From the NCBI GenBank assembly GCA_028534125.1, contig CM052817.1, positions 66,094,001 to 66,158,000 on the forward strand: a stretch of 64,000 bases of DNA, in the 5' to 3' direction. Made by a program: the position numbers and the translations under genes. The stretch comes from Lama glama. Taxonomy: Eukaryota. Shown in pieces: positions 49,331 through 61,645 of the stretch. Each line of letters opens with the position of its first letter. Position 1 is the first letter of the stretch. The notes beneath the pieces are model-generated. The model saw nothing but the letters and a program-made list of their open reading frames with translations. It did no database searches and was not told where the DNA came from.

Positions 49331-52309
49331 CTGTATACTATAAAACAGCACTGAACACTGGGGTGCCATCTCTCAGACTGATCCTGGAATTTTTCTGTTG
49401 GTAAAGCTCAGGTTCTGAACAAACACACAATTCACACCTTGTCTCAGCCAGTTAATTTCTTATTTCTTTTTATATTTCTCTCTTTCCACTCATTTATCTC
49501 TTTCCACTCAAGGCAGGTATGGAGATATGCAGAAAATCTATTCATAAGTTATCCAGACTCAACCTTCTACCATCCACTACTATATATCACTATATTCTAT
49601 TTAAATACTATAATAATAATAATAGTTGGCATTTAATGAATGCCTATTCTTTGTCAAGCACTGTTCTAGGTGGCTTACACAAAAACCTCATTTAATCTGT
49701 AGGTAGCAGAAAAAGACAATCAGAAGTGAATGTGAAAATTCTAACAAGATCACATATACTTCTGATTTAAACTACACTCTTGAACTAAACACATTAATAA
49801 AGGAGATAAACATATGCAGCATACTTATTGTATGATGCAAATATTGCAATTATATAACATGGATCTTTACAATAAATTCATTTCATTTTCACTGTAAGCG
49901 TATAAATTATAACTTTAATTATGTGATATGACACATAACCAAGAAAAGCTAGAATGTTATCAAATATTATTTTGTAAACAGTTACCAGAACCTTGGGGAA
50001 GAAATTTTTATCTAAGAAAACACAAATGTCTGAAATAAAATAGCATCCTATTTTTACATTCTTATAGAACTAACATTCATAACTGATTTAAGCTGTTGGG
50101 TTAGATGAATGATCATTCAATTTGTTAATGTACAAAGATTCAGTGTAAAATTAAAAATTTAAAATAGTTCCTCCTTTAGCAAAATGTTCAAAAAATTTAA
50201 GCTATATAATCATTTTCTGGAGAAATCTCAAGCAATCTTTAATTATTATTTTAAAAAAGAAAGTGTGTAGATTAGTGCTATAGAAACAAATACCAAAGGA
50301 CAAAACTCATAAAAGCCAATCAAAACATAAAGCAAAAAAGCACTTTAGAAATGTAAACCAAATATAAGACAAGTTATGGAAAACAGCATCTTCAAGCATT
50401 TTCAAAATGCTTCTTCCTATCTAACTAAATCCCTCACCTTTGACTGCTCAAATTGTTGTATTTTCCTAAAGCTCCACCATAACTTTTCGTTATTACAAAA
50501 GCTCTCGTGTAGAAATCTATTTTTTTTTCTACTATAAACATCTCTCTTTTAGTTTTTGATACCAAGAAATTCTAAGTCGTAAGGGGATCCCATATATGGA
50601 ATTAACCTCTAGGACATACCAGTTAGGTTCTGACAAAGTCAATAGAGAGTCATCTTCTTTTCCATGACGTATTACTTTAAAATGAAGGATCATTTTCTTT
50701 AAAGTTCAAATTAACGTTCCCCAAACATGGCAGACGTGAGGATTTTCTACAATTTTCTCTTAATTTTAGTTAGCATTCTGTTTTGAGTTGCTAGAAAACA
50801 TCCCAGCCCTACTTTTCTGAACTGACCTCTTTAGCAATATGTAAGGAGATCGCCACTCCCTTAGCTAGTACCTTCCATCTAAAATGTTTTCAACATCTTA
50901 AGGCAATTCAGACAGCACAGCTGACTACTCAAGAGGCTCATTAACCACACTTTAAAAATTCCTAGAAGAAGGCATGATTTATTATAAGCAAATGGCTATG
51001 CTGGATTTTTTGGTAACAGAATTTTAAATTAAAACAAAATTATATAAGATACACCTTGTTTGGATTATTTAAAACTCTATTAAACTTAACTTTTAAATGG
51101 CTGTGACTATAAGGGTTGGAAAAATTAAATGTCAACTCTAGCTAATTAGCAAACACATGAAAAATGGGGGAAATGATCCCGAAAGCTCTTTTATACCATG
51201 GAGTGTTTTACTTGAGGGAGGAACACTAGGAGAATACAGTCATTACTGTAAAACAGGAAACACTAGGCAGAGGCTGTCAAGTAATTGTGAGAGAAAATAG
51301 AATGCATTTGGAATTTTTAAGTGCATTTAATGCCCAGTGATTTCATCACCTACCCTATTTAAAACTGGGAGACAATCCAGAAACTGAAGGGAATCAGATA
51401 TTTGCAAAAATGTGTTTGCACTACACCATCCAACACTTGTACTGGCAACAGTACTCTAGACATTTCAACATATGTTGATTTTAAAGAATAAGTTTTGGGT
51501 TAGGCTTCTAATTTATCACATTTTAATTAAGGAGATAATACCAGCCAAGTTACCAAAAGACTTAATTTTCACAATGGTAACCCTTAAGGTACTTGTTGCT
51601 TTGCTGTGAAAATTACACAGTGGTATTATAATATCCCTCTTGCCATTTATCACCCTAAATAATTTAATTAAAAACATCAAACTCAATATATTTTTAAGAG
51701 AATAAAAGTAATCCCTGAGATACTTTCTACCTTTTTTCATTTGAACCAAATAGAGGAGACTGGAAGCAAAATACACAAGTTCCTCCCATCGGTTTCTTCC
51801 AAAGAGTTATCTGAAGGGCCGTCTTCCTTCATTGTAAGAGGCACTGCTTATTCTCTTCTTCTATAAAAGTTGCCCTGCATCAGGACAATGTATTTTATTT
51901 GTATTTTTTCAAAGCATAATTAGAAACTACTAGCTCTTGATTTCATTTCACATTTAAGTTTCACAGTCCTACTTACAGAAATCATAGCTTACATTATTAA
52001 ATGTCTGTTCTCTGTAGAAAGCCCTGAAACTAGACTTAAAACATAAAGTCCTAAACCCCCAAGGTTCATTTCAGATTGCACTGAATTCTTATAATCAACT
52101 TTTTGTCTAAAGTCTTCTATGATTATTCTTTTATGAAGGTCCTCCTATATGGCATAAGTTTCTTAACTTTTTTTTTTTTCCTGCCAATAGCTTTAATACG
52201 CTCCATTTTCTGGCTTCTTTATTTCCTCTCTGCCATTAGAGGAAAATGCCATTTGATAGGACTTCAGATCCCTTAATACAAAGGAAAAACAGAAAGTAAC
52301 AAATGTAAA

Positions 52310-52490
52310 TTCTGAGCCTACTATGTGCTACACTTAGAGCCAACTACTTATAGTCTGTTCAACAAGAACCTTTGGAAAACACCACAACCCTAGTTTTACA
52401 GAAAAGGAAACTGCGACTCAATGTGGTTAAATAACTTATACATAATCAGCAGAATCTGAAGTGAAGTTCATGCTCTTTCTCCTGTATATA
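52310..52490 (-). mobile_element. MIR
   Basis: ttttacagaaaaggaaactgcgactcaatgtggttaaataactt. Confidence 0.6.
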
Positions 52491-52641
52491 CTTTGCTGCT
52501 TCTCATGATTCACTGACATTTATATGAGGGAATCAGACTTTCTCATTAAGGATGCAGAAATATGCCCATGAGGATAACGTAAATAAAGTATCCAAGAAAG
52601 ATCCTATTCTCTGGCCTTTTTTTTGTACTGGAAGGGAATTA

Positions 52642-53137
52642 TATCTGCTAGAATTAGATTCAGCTACATATGATAAACCCAAAATAACACTGGCTTAAAC
52701 AAGATGAATTTTAATTCTCTTCCATGGAAAATAAGTCAAGGTGGGTAATCCAAATTTAGTATTGCAATTCCACAAAGTCATCAAGGACTCATACTCATTT
52801 TAGCTGACTACTCCATATTCTCCAGAGTGGGATTCTTATCCTCACGATCCAAAACAGTTGTCAGAGCTCCAGCCATCATATCTGTGTTCCAGGAATCAGA
52901 AAAAGAAGTGTGTTATCCTTCCTTTTTAAGGACATGTCTCAAAGTAACACTCAGTACTTCAATTTTTCCCCAATAAATAGAACTAAGTCACATGCACTCA
53001 CTTAGCTATAAAAGAAGCAGGGAAATGTAGGTTTTCTGACTGGGTAGCAAGATGCTGAGCTGAAAATCTGAGTTTTATTATTACTAAAATGGAAGGTAAG
53101 GATGGATATTTGGAGGCAACTAGATGAACTTGCTATA
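52642..53137 (-). mobile_element. MLT1J-type MaLR solo LTR, near full length
   Basis: aataacactggcttaaacaagat...agctccagccatcatatctgtgttccagg...ggatggatatttggaggcaactag. Confidence 0.75.
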
Positions 53138-54629
53138 GAAATTTGTATATGATCTCTGATTTATTCATTATATTATCAAAATTTTCAAGCGGATCAGAGA
53201 TAATTGAGACTGACAGACCCAGTGTTATTTCCTTGGTGGAATATATTTCCTCACTGGATTCATCTCATTATAGGCAATCAAATGAATAAATGTGATGATT
53301 TTACATTTGTGGAAGTTATTTTCAATATTTACATTGTAAAGAATCACTGGATCTATCAGACAAAATCAAGTGAGATTTGTTTTATAACTGATGATCTTTT
53401 TTAAGGTTAGAATACACGGCACTGGATTAGAAGACAAATTCTACCAACTGGGGTGCCAAAGACTTTAAATGGTCATTTATATTCTAAAACTTTTCTAATA
53501 TTCAGAGGTTATAAACGAATAACCAAATAGAGAACACAGGAAAAAATGCAAATGGTGATAAAGAATCAAATCTGAAAGGTGCTTCAATAATTAACCTATC
53601 CCTAATTATTTACGTAAATTTACAACTATCCTCACATATGTGATAGTCACATTAGTATTTAAAAACTTGTAACTTGAATGTAAGCAGGTTTTCTTGGTCC
53701 CCGCTGTCACCTACACAATACAGTCTTTTCTACTGGAAGTCAGTCCTTCATGACGAGGCATTGAGAAAAACAAAAACATAATTTCAAAAACAAGAACCAA
53801 AAAAGGTGATTTTTCTTTCAAATGTTTTTTTGGAAAGTTAGAGGAGGGAGTCATTTCACACACAACAAAGCAAATATCCTTGAAATTCTCTTTAAATATT
53901 TTTCGCCAATGTTCCAACCCTCCTGGCATTTACTCTACCCTCAGTTCTCATCTTCTCTCTCTAAAAAGCTTCCCAACTTCCCATAACCACTGTCTAAAAT
54001 CCATCTGACTGCATGCAGCTAGACAAAGCTAGACAAATAGTCCTCAGCAAAATAAAATCAAGTCACATGTCACCGCTTAAAAACCATCTTGGGGCTCCTA
54101 GTCTCAGCACTTCCAACACATACACGCATACACACAAGTGCACACACACACGTGAAACCTTTCAGTTTCTCCCATGGTAATGTGATGTAACTTCTACTAA
54201 TTCAATCCATAATCAAGACAGTAGAATTTTTCCTTCAATTTCATGTATTTGTGAAAAGATATCAGACAAATGAATTTCTTCATCACCCCACAATCTTAAA
54301 TGTTAGACTAAATATGCCCTGCCTCTTCAAACTCTCTTTACATGGTTCTGTTCTGTTGTTTTAGTACATTTCATCATTCTTTAGATCATTCTTTAGAATC
54401 ATGATTAAAATGAAGCTCAAAATTAAATACAGAAATAGAAATAATGTCATATCAAAATACATATGATAAAATAGTATTACGTGTCATAGCCAATATATGG
54501 ATCTGACAATATTACTTGCCCACTTTTTCAAAATCAGAGAACATTATTAATAGACTGGATATTTGCAGATTTGGTCTACTTGATGATCCAACTGACAGTT
54601 TCAGCAATCTTACAGTCTTTTCGGAGACA

Positions 54630-54870
54630 TACTGAATAGTAAACGGTGGACTCAGGAACCATGGTCTGTGGGTTAAGATCCCAAGGTCACCACTTACAAA
54701 CTGTGCGACCCTGGGCAAGTTATTCTCTCTGTGACTCAGTTTCCTCATCTGTAAAATGGTAATAATAGTACCTACCTCTTGGAGCTATTCTGAATATTAA
54801 ATAAATTATCACATGAAAAATAGGTTGAAAGAGTACTTGATACATGTGTTGTATATTGTTGTTTCTCATT
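54630..54870 (+). mobile_element. MIRb, near full length
   Basis: ctgtgcgaccctgggcaagttattctctctgtgactcagtttcctcatctgtaaaatggtaataatagtacctacctc. Confidence 0.9.
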
Positions 54871-55404
54871 TTCTAAAAAAATAGTTGCGGTGTAGTAAAT
54901 AACACACCAAAGCAATTTTGGAGAATAAACTGCCCACCAAAAATAATAGCATACATGTAATACTTTAGAATAAATATTGGATTTTTATTTTTAAGAAATG
55001 GATTCTGAAATATTTAAACAGTTACATGGTATGAAAAAATTCACTATTCAAATAACCTACTAATATTTGTTTATAAAAGGCCTGGCCAGAAAACCCAATA
55101 CCAATTAAATTATTCCTTTTAAATAAGCTTACATCATACTTTAAAAGGAACTTCAATTATATTTTTTAAAATAAAAATGATTTTCCCATGAAAGAAAACA
55201 GAAATATGTATTCTTCTTTAAAAAATAAAATATTTTTGAGAGAAATCATGGAATTGGTAAGTAAATAGGCTTCATTAATAATGTGCTTAGATTTAGGATG
55301 AATTGATAAGAAGAAGGCATACCCTTACCTAACCAACCTTGAAATAAACCATTAATCTAAAAGCCTTATTAAAATTACTAGGCTGATTAAAATTATATTT
55401 TAGG

Positions 55405-55536
55405 ACTGCAATAATTGCTCTCTTTGTTAGGCACATAGTACTAACAAAGATATGCAGTAGATGCTAAGTACTATAATGATTGCTCTGTATATTAGGGACA
55501 TAGTACCAACATAAAAGTAGGCAGTAGATACTAAGA
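55405..55536. repeat. Diverged two-copy tandem duplication (65/67 bp)
   Basis: actgcaataattgctctctttgttaggcacatagtactaac...gcagtagatgctaagt vs actataatgattgctctgtatattagggacatagtaccaac...gcagtagatactaaga. Confidence 0.85.
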
Positions 55537-57399
55537 ACAGAAATACGGTAAATGTATTCCATCAACAGATCATTAAAGTATTCTTTTGTAGCTAAGGATG
55601 GAAGAGGGTAAGATCTCATAGGTTTCTTAAAGCTGGGGTCAAAAAGTTTATGCTTAAGTCTAACTTAATACAGACAGCATTCTTGACTTTTAGTAAGTGC
55701 ATAAAATGCACTACAAATTCAAGGGAATTCTGATACTCCAAAGTTCTGACCAAAATATATTACCATTTGCATGCATTGCACAAAAGGACCTAAATTCTAA
55801 GAAAAGCATGATGATTAACTACTTTGGAGGATCTTTTTCCAAATCTTCTATATTCCTAAATTGTTCTACACAGCTTTCCACACCTTTTAAGGTAGACTTG
55901 GTCTACTTCTGCTGGACAAACAACCTCTCAACCAAAAAGTTTAAAAAAATTTAAACTAGCAGCAAATGAGAATATAATGAAGAGAAAACAAATTATTTTC
56001 AAAGCAGGCACTCCTAGAGAGAATTATGAGCTACTGAGCTTTCGAAAGCAAAGAATTCTCTCTCAAAGAGTTTAATCTAATTAAAAAAAAGCTTCCTGGC
56101 TTAAAAAATAAAAGAACAGATGAGAAAGTTATCTGACCTTCCTTCAATAATGTGTGGCCCCCAAAAAAGAATGAGGTACACATTACATGATCACTTTTAA
56201 AAGCTAGTGATGTGCTATTTTAAAAATGACTAAGATTATAGTCTGACTATTGACTTTCAGCTGCTTGGCATATCTCCAAGGAAAGGCTACAGATTAGTGG
56301 AGATGCCCCACTTAAGGTCCACTCACACCCATAAACATCTGTTTAGTGTTCATTAATTTCAGTAAGTTTCTAAACCATCTACAAGTTGTATGAACTAACT
56401 ACTCTTACCCAGGAGTACACAAAAATTTCACGACAAGCCATGTTACTTAATTGGAACAAACTAAACACATTAACTCCTTCAAAACGTTAAATCATCCATT
56501 TTAAATAAGCAGTAAGTTAAGTGATAGTACAAAATTGATAGTCATGTGACAGCACTTTGTTTCTTTCAGCTAGGATCAGGTTAAAGGAGAAAAACATTTT
56601 CCCAAATTAGTGAGAAATCTGAGTTAAGAATCCATTCAGGGATATTTAGAGGGGGTTTCAGTACAAAAGTATAATGGTATCAATTACTGAATATGTTTAA
56701 ACATCCATGGGATAAGCTTATATTAATAAAACTATGTTAATTCAAAATAGCCCCCTAAGCATGGCAAAGTGATCCAGCAAACACGCCTAAGGACAGTTGT
56801 CTTTATGGTATCAAATATATTAAGCAGACTGAGTTGGGTGCATTTGGCCTCTCTGTATCAATTTTCTCTTCTCAAATGGAGATAACATCTACTTCCCTAG
56901 AATAACGGTAAAGAATATGTAAGATACTGTGTGTATCTTATATTCCCTCCACGCAAGCCCCATTTTCTACAAGAATCAGTGAGCAGAACAGCAGGTCAAA
57001 AAAATTACCAAGAATCCTTAAACGTATAGATCAAGATTAGGAAATAGTATTCCTATGGAAACTACTAAGAGTTTACACACCCAACACTTCTAGTGTGTGT
57101 ATATATATATTTAAATCTGGAAGTAACCTATTGCAAATTGCAATTAAAAGAGTCTACATTTGAAATTAGATATTAGTATTAGGAAGGCATCTCCTATAAG
57201 CTATCCTAAAATGTAATCAATTAAAACCAAATTGTTCACTTACATATTACATTGATATTAAAACAGTAGAGGCGTTAAAGGAAGACGGTATTTTAAAAAC
57301 AGATGAGCACAGCCACAGAACAGCTTCAATGGAGTATTTTTCAATGTAGTATTTCAATGTGTTTCTTATAAGAAATACACATCTAACAGTAAAGGGACA

Positions 57400-57784
57400 A
57401 TGTTTCAGGCTGTAAGAGCTTGACCAAAACAGGGCATAATCACAGCTATTCTGTCATTTTAATCTTGAGTTCAACAAGCAATATTCTAATTCGTAATTAG
57501 ACTGCCATGAATTTGTCAATAGATCAGGCCTATTCTGAGAACTCTAGCAAAATAACCACATAAGTCTGAGTTTCCTGGTAGGTATCTCTGCTCCAACATG
57601 GAAAAAGCATGTATGAGAGCAAAGTCAACTAAGAGGAGAGGATCACAAAGGGATAAAGAGGAGAACCCCATCTTTTCACGTGTATGTTTAAAGCCAAATC
57701 TATCCCTTGGACTTACAGTTATAAGACGAGCTATTTTTGATGGGATTTATGTTATTTGCTATCAAATGACTCTTACCCAACACA
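57400..57784 (+). mobile_element. Degenerate MLT1/LTR16-like LTR
   Basis: 3' end cccttggacttacagttat...ttatttgctatcaaatgactcttacccaacaca. Confidence 0.35.
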
Positions 57785-59517
57785 GTAGACATAATTTGTG
57801 CTTCTATGTCCACCAGTGATCTGTGCGATCCAAAACTGCGATTCAGTTTTCTCAACTATATGTTACCAACCAGACATGTTTATTTTTTATGTATTTTAAC
57901 CAAAATTACAAAGTAAAAACACAAGTCCTTTAGTACAACTGACATACAGAATTATAATTTAAAAAAAAATAGTCATAGTTCAGAAACCACAAACATTTAT
58001 TTAAAAAAACAAACACAAGAGCATTTCATAGATAAATGAGTGTTGGCTGTTACCCTGTCATGCACTGTCACATCGCTAAGGCAAGGAAAAGCAATCCTTA
58101 CCCTAAAGGCTTAAAAATAGGAACAGGGACCAAAGAGTCCATCAGTGAGAGTGTCATTCCATCTTCAGTGTTGAGAGCACATTTTTTTAAAAATGTTCTT
58201 TCTCTAAATTTTTTCCCTAAAAAGCTAACTACAAAAAAAAAAAAAAAAAGGAGGAAGAGCAGGATTCATTTGTTGTTGTCATCTTGCATGAAATGAGGGA
58301 ACTCTTCCAAGGATGCTGAGTACCAGTGAACAAGCCCCCAAGATGGGAATAACAAAACAAAAACAAGGCAAGCAGCTTGGTACTAAGGCTGCACAAAGCT
58401 GCAAAGGTAAGAGCAAGAAAATTTAACTGCATGCAAAAAACAAGAGAAAGCTGAAGAGTCAAATGGCAGAGTTCAAGTGCTAAGAGAAAGATGTTTCTAG
58501 CAGCAATACTGTAGAGAAAGGGGAAAAAACAGGCCAACCAGAAAGGCAGCTGTTGTGACAGAGGGTGTCTTAAATGCAAAGACCATTTATAGTCATTTCC
58601 CCTGCAGAAGGTTGGTGCTTGCCCCCAAGCCTGATTAAGAATAAGAAATCCTTGTTTCATTTGCCTTTAATACTTCTGACCCAGAACCCTTGTTAAATGA
58701 GCTCTTTTGAACACATTTTGACTTTCAGGTTAAATGTTAAATAAATAGTAGTCAGTCTTGTCACATAGAGATTTTTTTCTATGCCAACCAAAACATGCCT
58801 AAACTTGCTCATAAAAAAACAGACACCATATTTATTCCAAATGCATGCAATCACTGTGATAAAGAAGTAATATATTTTGTTGATATCATAATTCTGAAGA
58901 GATGTAAAAAATGGACACAAAAATATTGTATTGTAAAAAAAATTCAGTGTTGCTATGACATTATTTTTGCTAGGCTAGACATGTGTATGTATTCATGTGC
59001 ATAACATGTATTTAATTAGTGAGAAAAGTATCCAAAATAAGTGAAAAATAGAATATGCATTTCTCCTTAGAGCATGAAAATCTTCACATTTCAGCCACAA
59101 CTTTGTGACCTGTAAAATAAAGGCACTGGGCGAAAATGTAATCTTCCAGTCTTTGCAGTGTCCAGATTGGATGGTCCTAACATTCCAATAACTCAGGCCT
59201 ACTGTGCTTGCCTCCTAATCTGTCTGCCACATTTCCTCTATGTCTAAAGCCATTCCTCAAATGAAACCAAACTATAAAATGCTACTAGTCTAGTAAATGG
59301 CTTTAAAAATACTCAAATGTGCTACCACAGGGCTTTGGGGAAAGCAATTATTTTAAAGACTAAAATTAGAATTTCTTCAGTGCCTCTTATTCAAGGAATA
59401 TCAAGTACTTCAACAAACTAAGGTTAACTGTAAGTGTTACTGACCCCCTTCTTCAGTCAAGGGTAGACTGATTAACCCACTTACCCAACATGTAATAAGG
59501 AATAAATGGAGTCAGAG

Positions 59518-59578
<61 letters not shown>
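59518..59578. repeat. (TA)n microsatellite, about 30 units with one interruption
   Basis: Directly visible. Confidence 0.97.
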
Positions 59579-59581
<3 letters not shown>

Positions 59582-59729
59582 TGCATATACTATGTCTCCG
59601 CTCTAATCAGGTACCCAATTTCCTCAAACAAAAATCCTGTATTAACCTCTCAAATGTTAAAACCATTAGGTTAAGGCTCTACTCTCATATATAAGCCACC
59701 TTTTCTCTCTGAGGAATGTATAATTTAAT

Positions 59730-60010
59730 CATGGTAATACTAACAGCAAATGCTTACATAACACTACTGTGTGCCCGGCACTCTTCTAAGGACTTTATAC
59801 ATGTATTAATTCATTTAATCACCACACAATTCTATAGCTAGGTGCTATTATTACCTTGTTTTGCAGACTTAAAGAACAAAAACAAAAAACAAAACAAAAC
59901 AAAAAACAGGGACATAATTAACTTGCCCCTGGTCACACAGCAAATAAGCAGCGGAGCTAGGATTCAATGCAAGCAGGTTGGCCCCAAAGCCCAGACTCTA
60001 AACCACCCCA
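59730..60010 (-). mobile_element. MIR with internal (CAAAA)n expansion
   Basis: gtgcccggcactcttctaag...tcatttaatc...ggtcacacagc...ggattcaa. Confidence 0.8.
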
Positions 60011-60635
60011 CAATATGCAACTCAGGGCAAGGGGCACATAAATTACTGCACTTCTCTGCACTGTTCGGTTTCCTTCAACTACTTTGTTCCTTTGGCTGCA
60101 TTTATTAAGCACTCAGTAACTGCAGCTGAATGAATAGAATATATTCCTAGAATTAAAGTCACTGACTTTAAGAAAAGGAAATATCCAGTACACACAGGAA
60201 AACAAGCTTAAGAACAAAACTAAAATACTTAGACTCCTATCCAGTGTAATCTCATGAGTTTATTTAATGACTCTTAGTCCAGTTTTTATCCATTTGGTAT
60301 TCCACATCTCCCGGCCTCCCTCTGTCTAGTTCACCTGAAGGAAAGAATGGAACAAAAAACAGACAATAAATTTTGGCAGCATCTTCATTCCCTAGTGCCA
60401 AGGAAGGATAAAAACAGGGAGGAAGTTCAGCCCTGCATAGAAGAGAATTATTTTCTATAGAATTATCAATCAATTACCACACCAAAAAGATCAGGTGTAA
60501 GCCCAGAATTTCTTTCATCTTCAATTCTCATTTATATTGATAGCATCATTTTAAATACCTGATTTACAAGATGAAATGTTTTCTTTAGAGTTAAGTAGCT
60601 GACACAGAATGGAAATAAACTCTAGTCCTACTAAA

Positions 60636-60830
60636 CCAGTGCATTTTAAAGCCTGACCAAATTTAAGAATCACCAAGGAGACTTAAAAAACAAAACAAAA
60701 ACAAAAACAAACCTGGTGTTGGAGCCTCACCTAGAGAGTCTAATTTAATTGGTTAGGGGGAGAACTAGGCACTGGGAGCTTTAAAAGTGCTCTAGGTGAT
60801 TGGATGTGCAGCCATGCTTGGGAGGTACGG
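60636..60830. mobile_element. MER5-family element with internal (CAAAA)n
   Basis: agaatcaccaaggagactt...taatttaattggttaggg...ctaggtgattggatgtgcagcca. Confidence 0.7.
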
Positions 60831-60843
60831 TTTAAATGTTACC

Positions 60844-61007
60844 CAGGGCTTCTCAAACTTCAATGTGCATGAAGATCACTTGAGAATCTTATTTAAAATG
60901 CAGACTGATTCAAAAGGTCTAGACTATGGCCTGAGACTCTGTCTTTCCAACACGTTCCCAGGCACTGCTGACCCTGCTGCTCTATGAACTACACTTCTGA
61001 GCAGCAA
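60844..61007. mobile_element. MER5A/A1-type element adjacent to the previous one
   Basis: cttctcaaacttcaatgtgcatgaagatcacttgagaatctt...ggcctgagactctg. Confidence 0.75.
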
Positions 61008-61539
61008 CCTACCGTCGCTCCAGCAATAGACTATTATAATCAGTATTAAAACGGAGAGGGAGTGGAAAAGATATGACAATTGAGGGCAATGTAGAATATT
61101 TCACTTTTATATAAAGATAGACTTATTTTTAAAAAGCAACTTGAAGCCACAAGCAATGATCATAGAATACAAGGTTACGGTGAACCCAGTGAGCTACTAT
61201 GCGTGAAGCATGAGGGCTGTTCCTAGACCAGGAACAGTACTCAGTATTAGCTATTCTGTTACTATTTTATTAACAAAGGAGTTGGCATGATCACTATCCA
61301 AATCAAGAAAACTGAATGCAGATATATATCCTGTTTTCTAGAAAAATATGGCTTCTATTTGCTCACAGTCTTACCATTATGACATTCTCTCCTATATGTA
61401 GACCATTTGGTATAGAGATAAAATATTTGCCCCAGAGTCAAACTTTGACATTTGGTAACACAATATCTGAGATCTGCTTTAAAATACTTCAACAGAGAAA
61501 ACATTAAGAAGAAGGGAACACATTAAGCAAATGAAGTGA

Positions 61540-61645
61540 TATCAGAACTGGATAATTACCTGTGAGTTAAGTATACGAAGGGTTCATGGCCCTCTCCTCT
61601 CAACTTCTATGTATGTTTGAAATTTTTCAAAATAATTTTTAAATG
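61540..61645 (+). mobile_element. L1ME-type 3' terminus
   Basis: ctctcaacttctatgtatgtttgaaatttttcaaaataa. Confidence 0.5.

Noticed and set aside
58229..58660. 143-aa hydrophobic ORF
   Set aside because: The Leu/Phe richness simply reflects an A-rich plus strand and a poly-A run.
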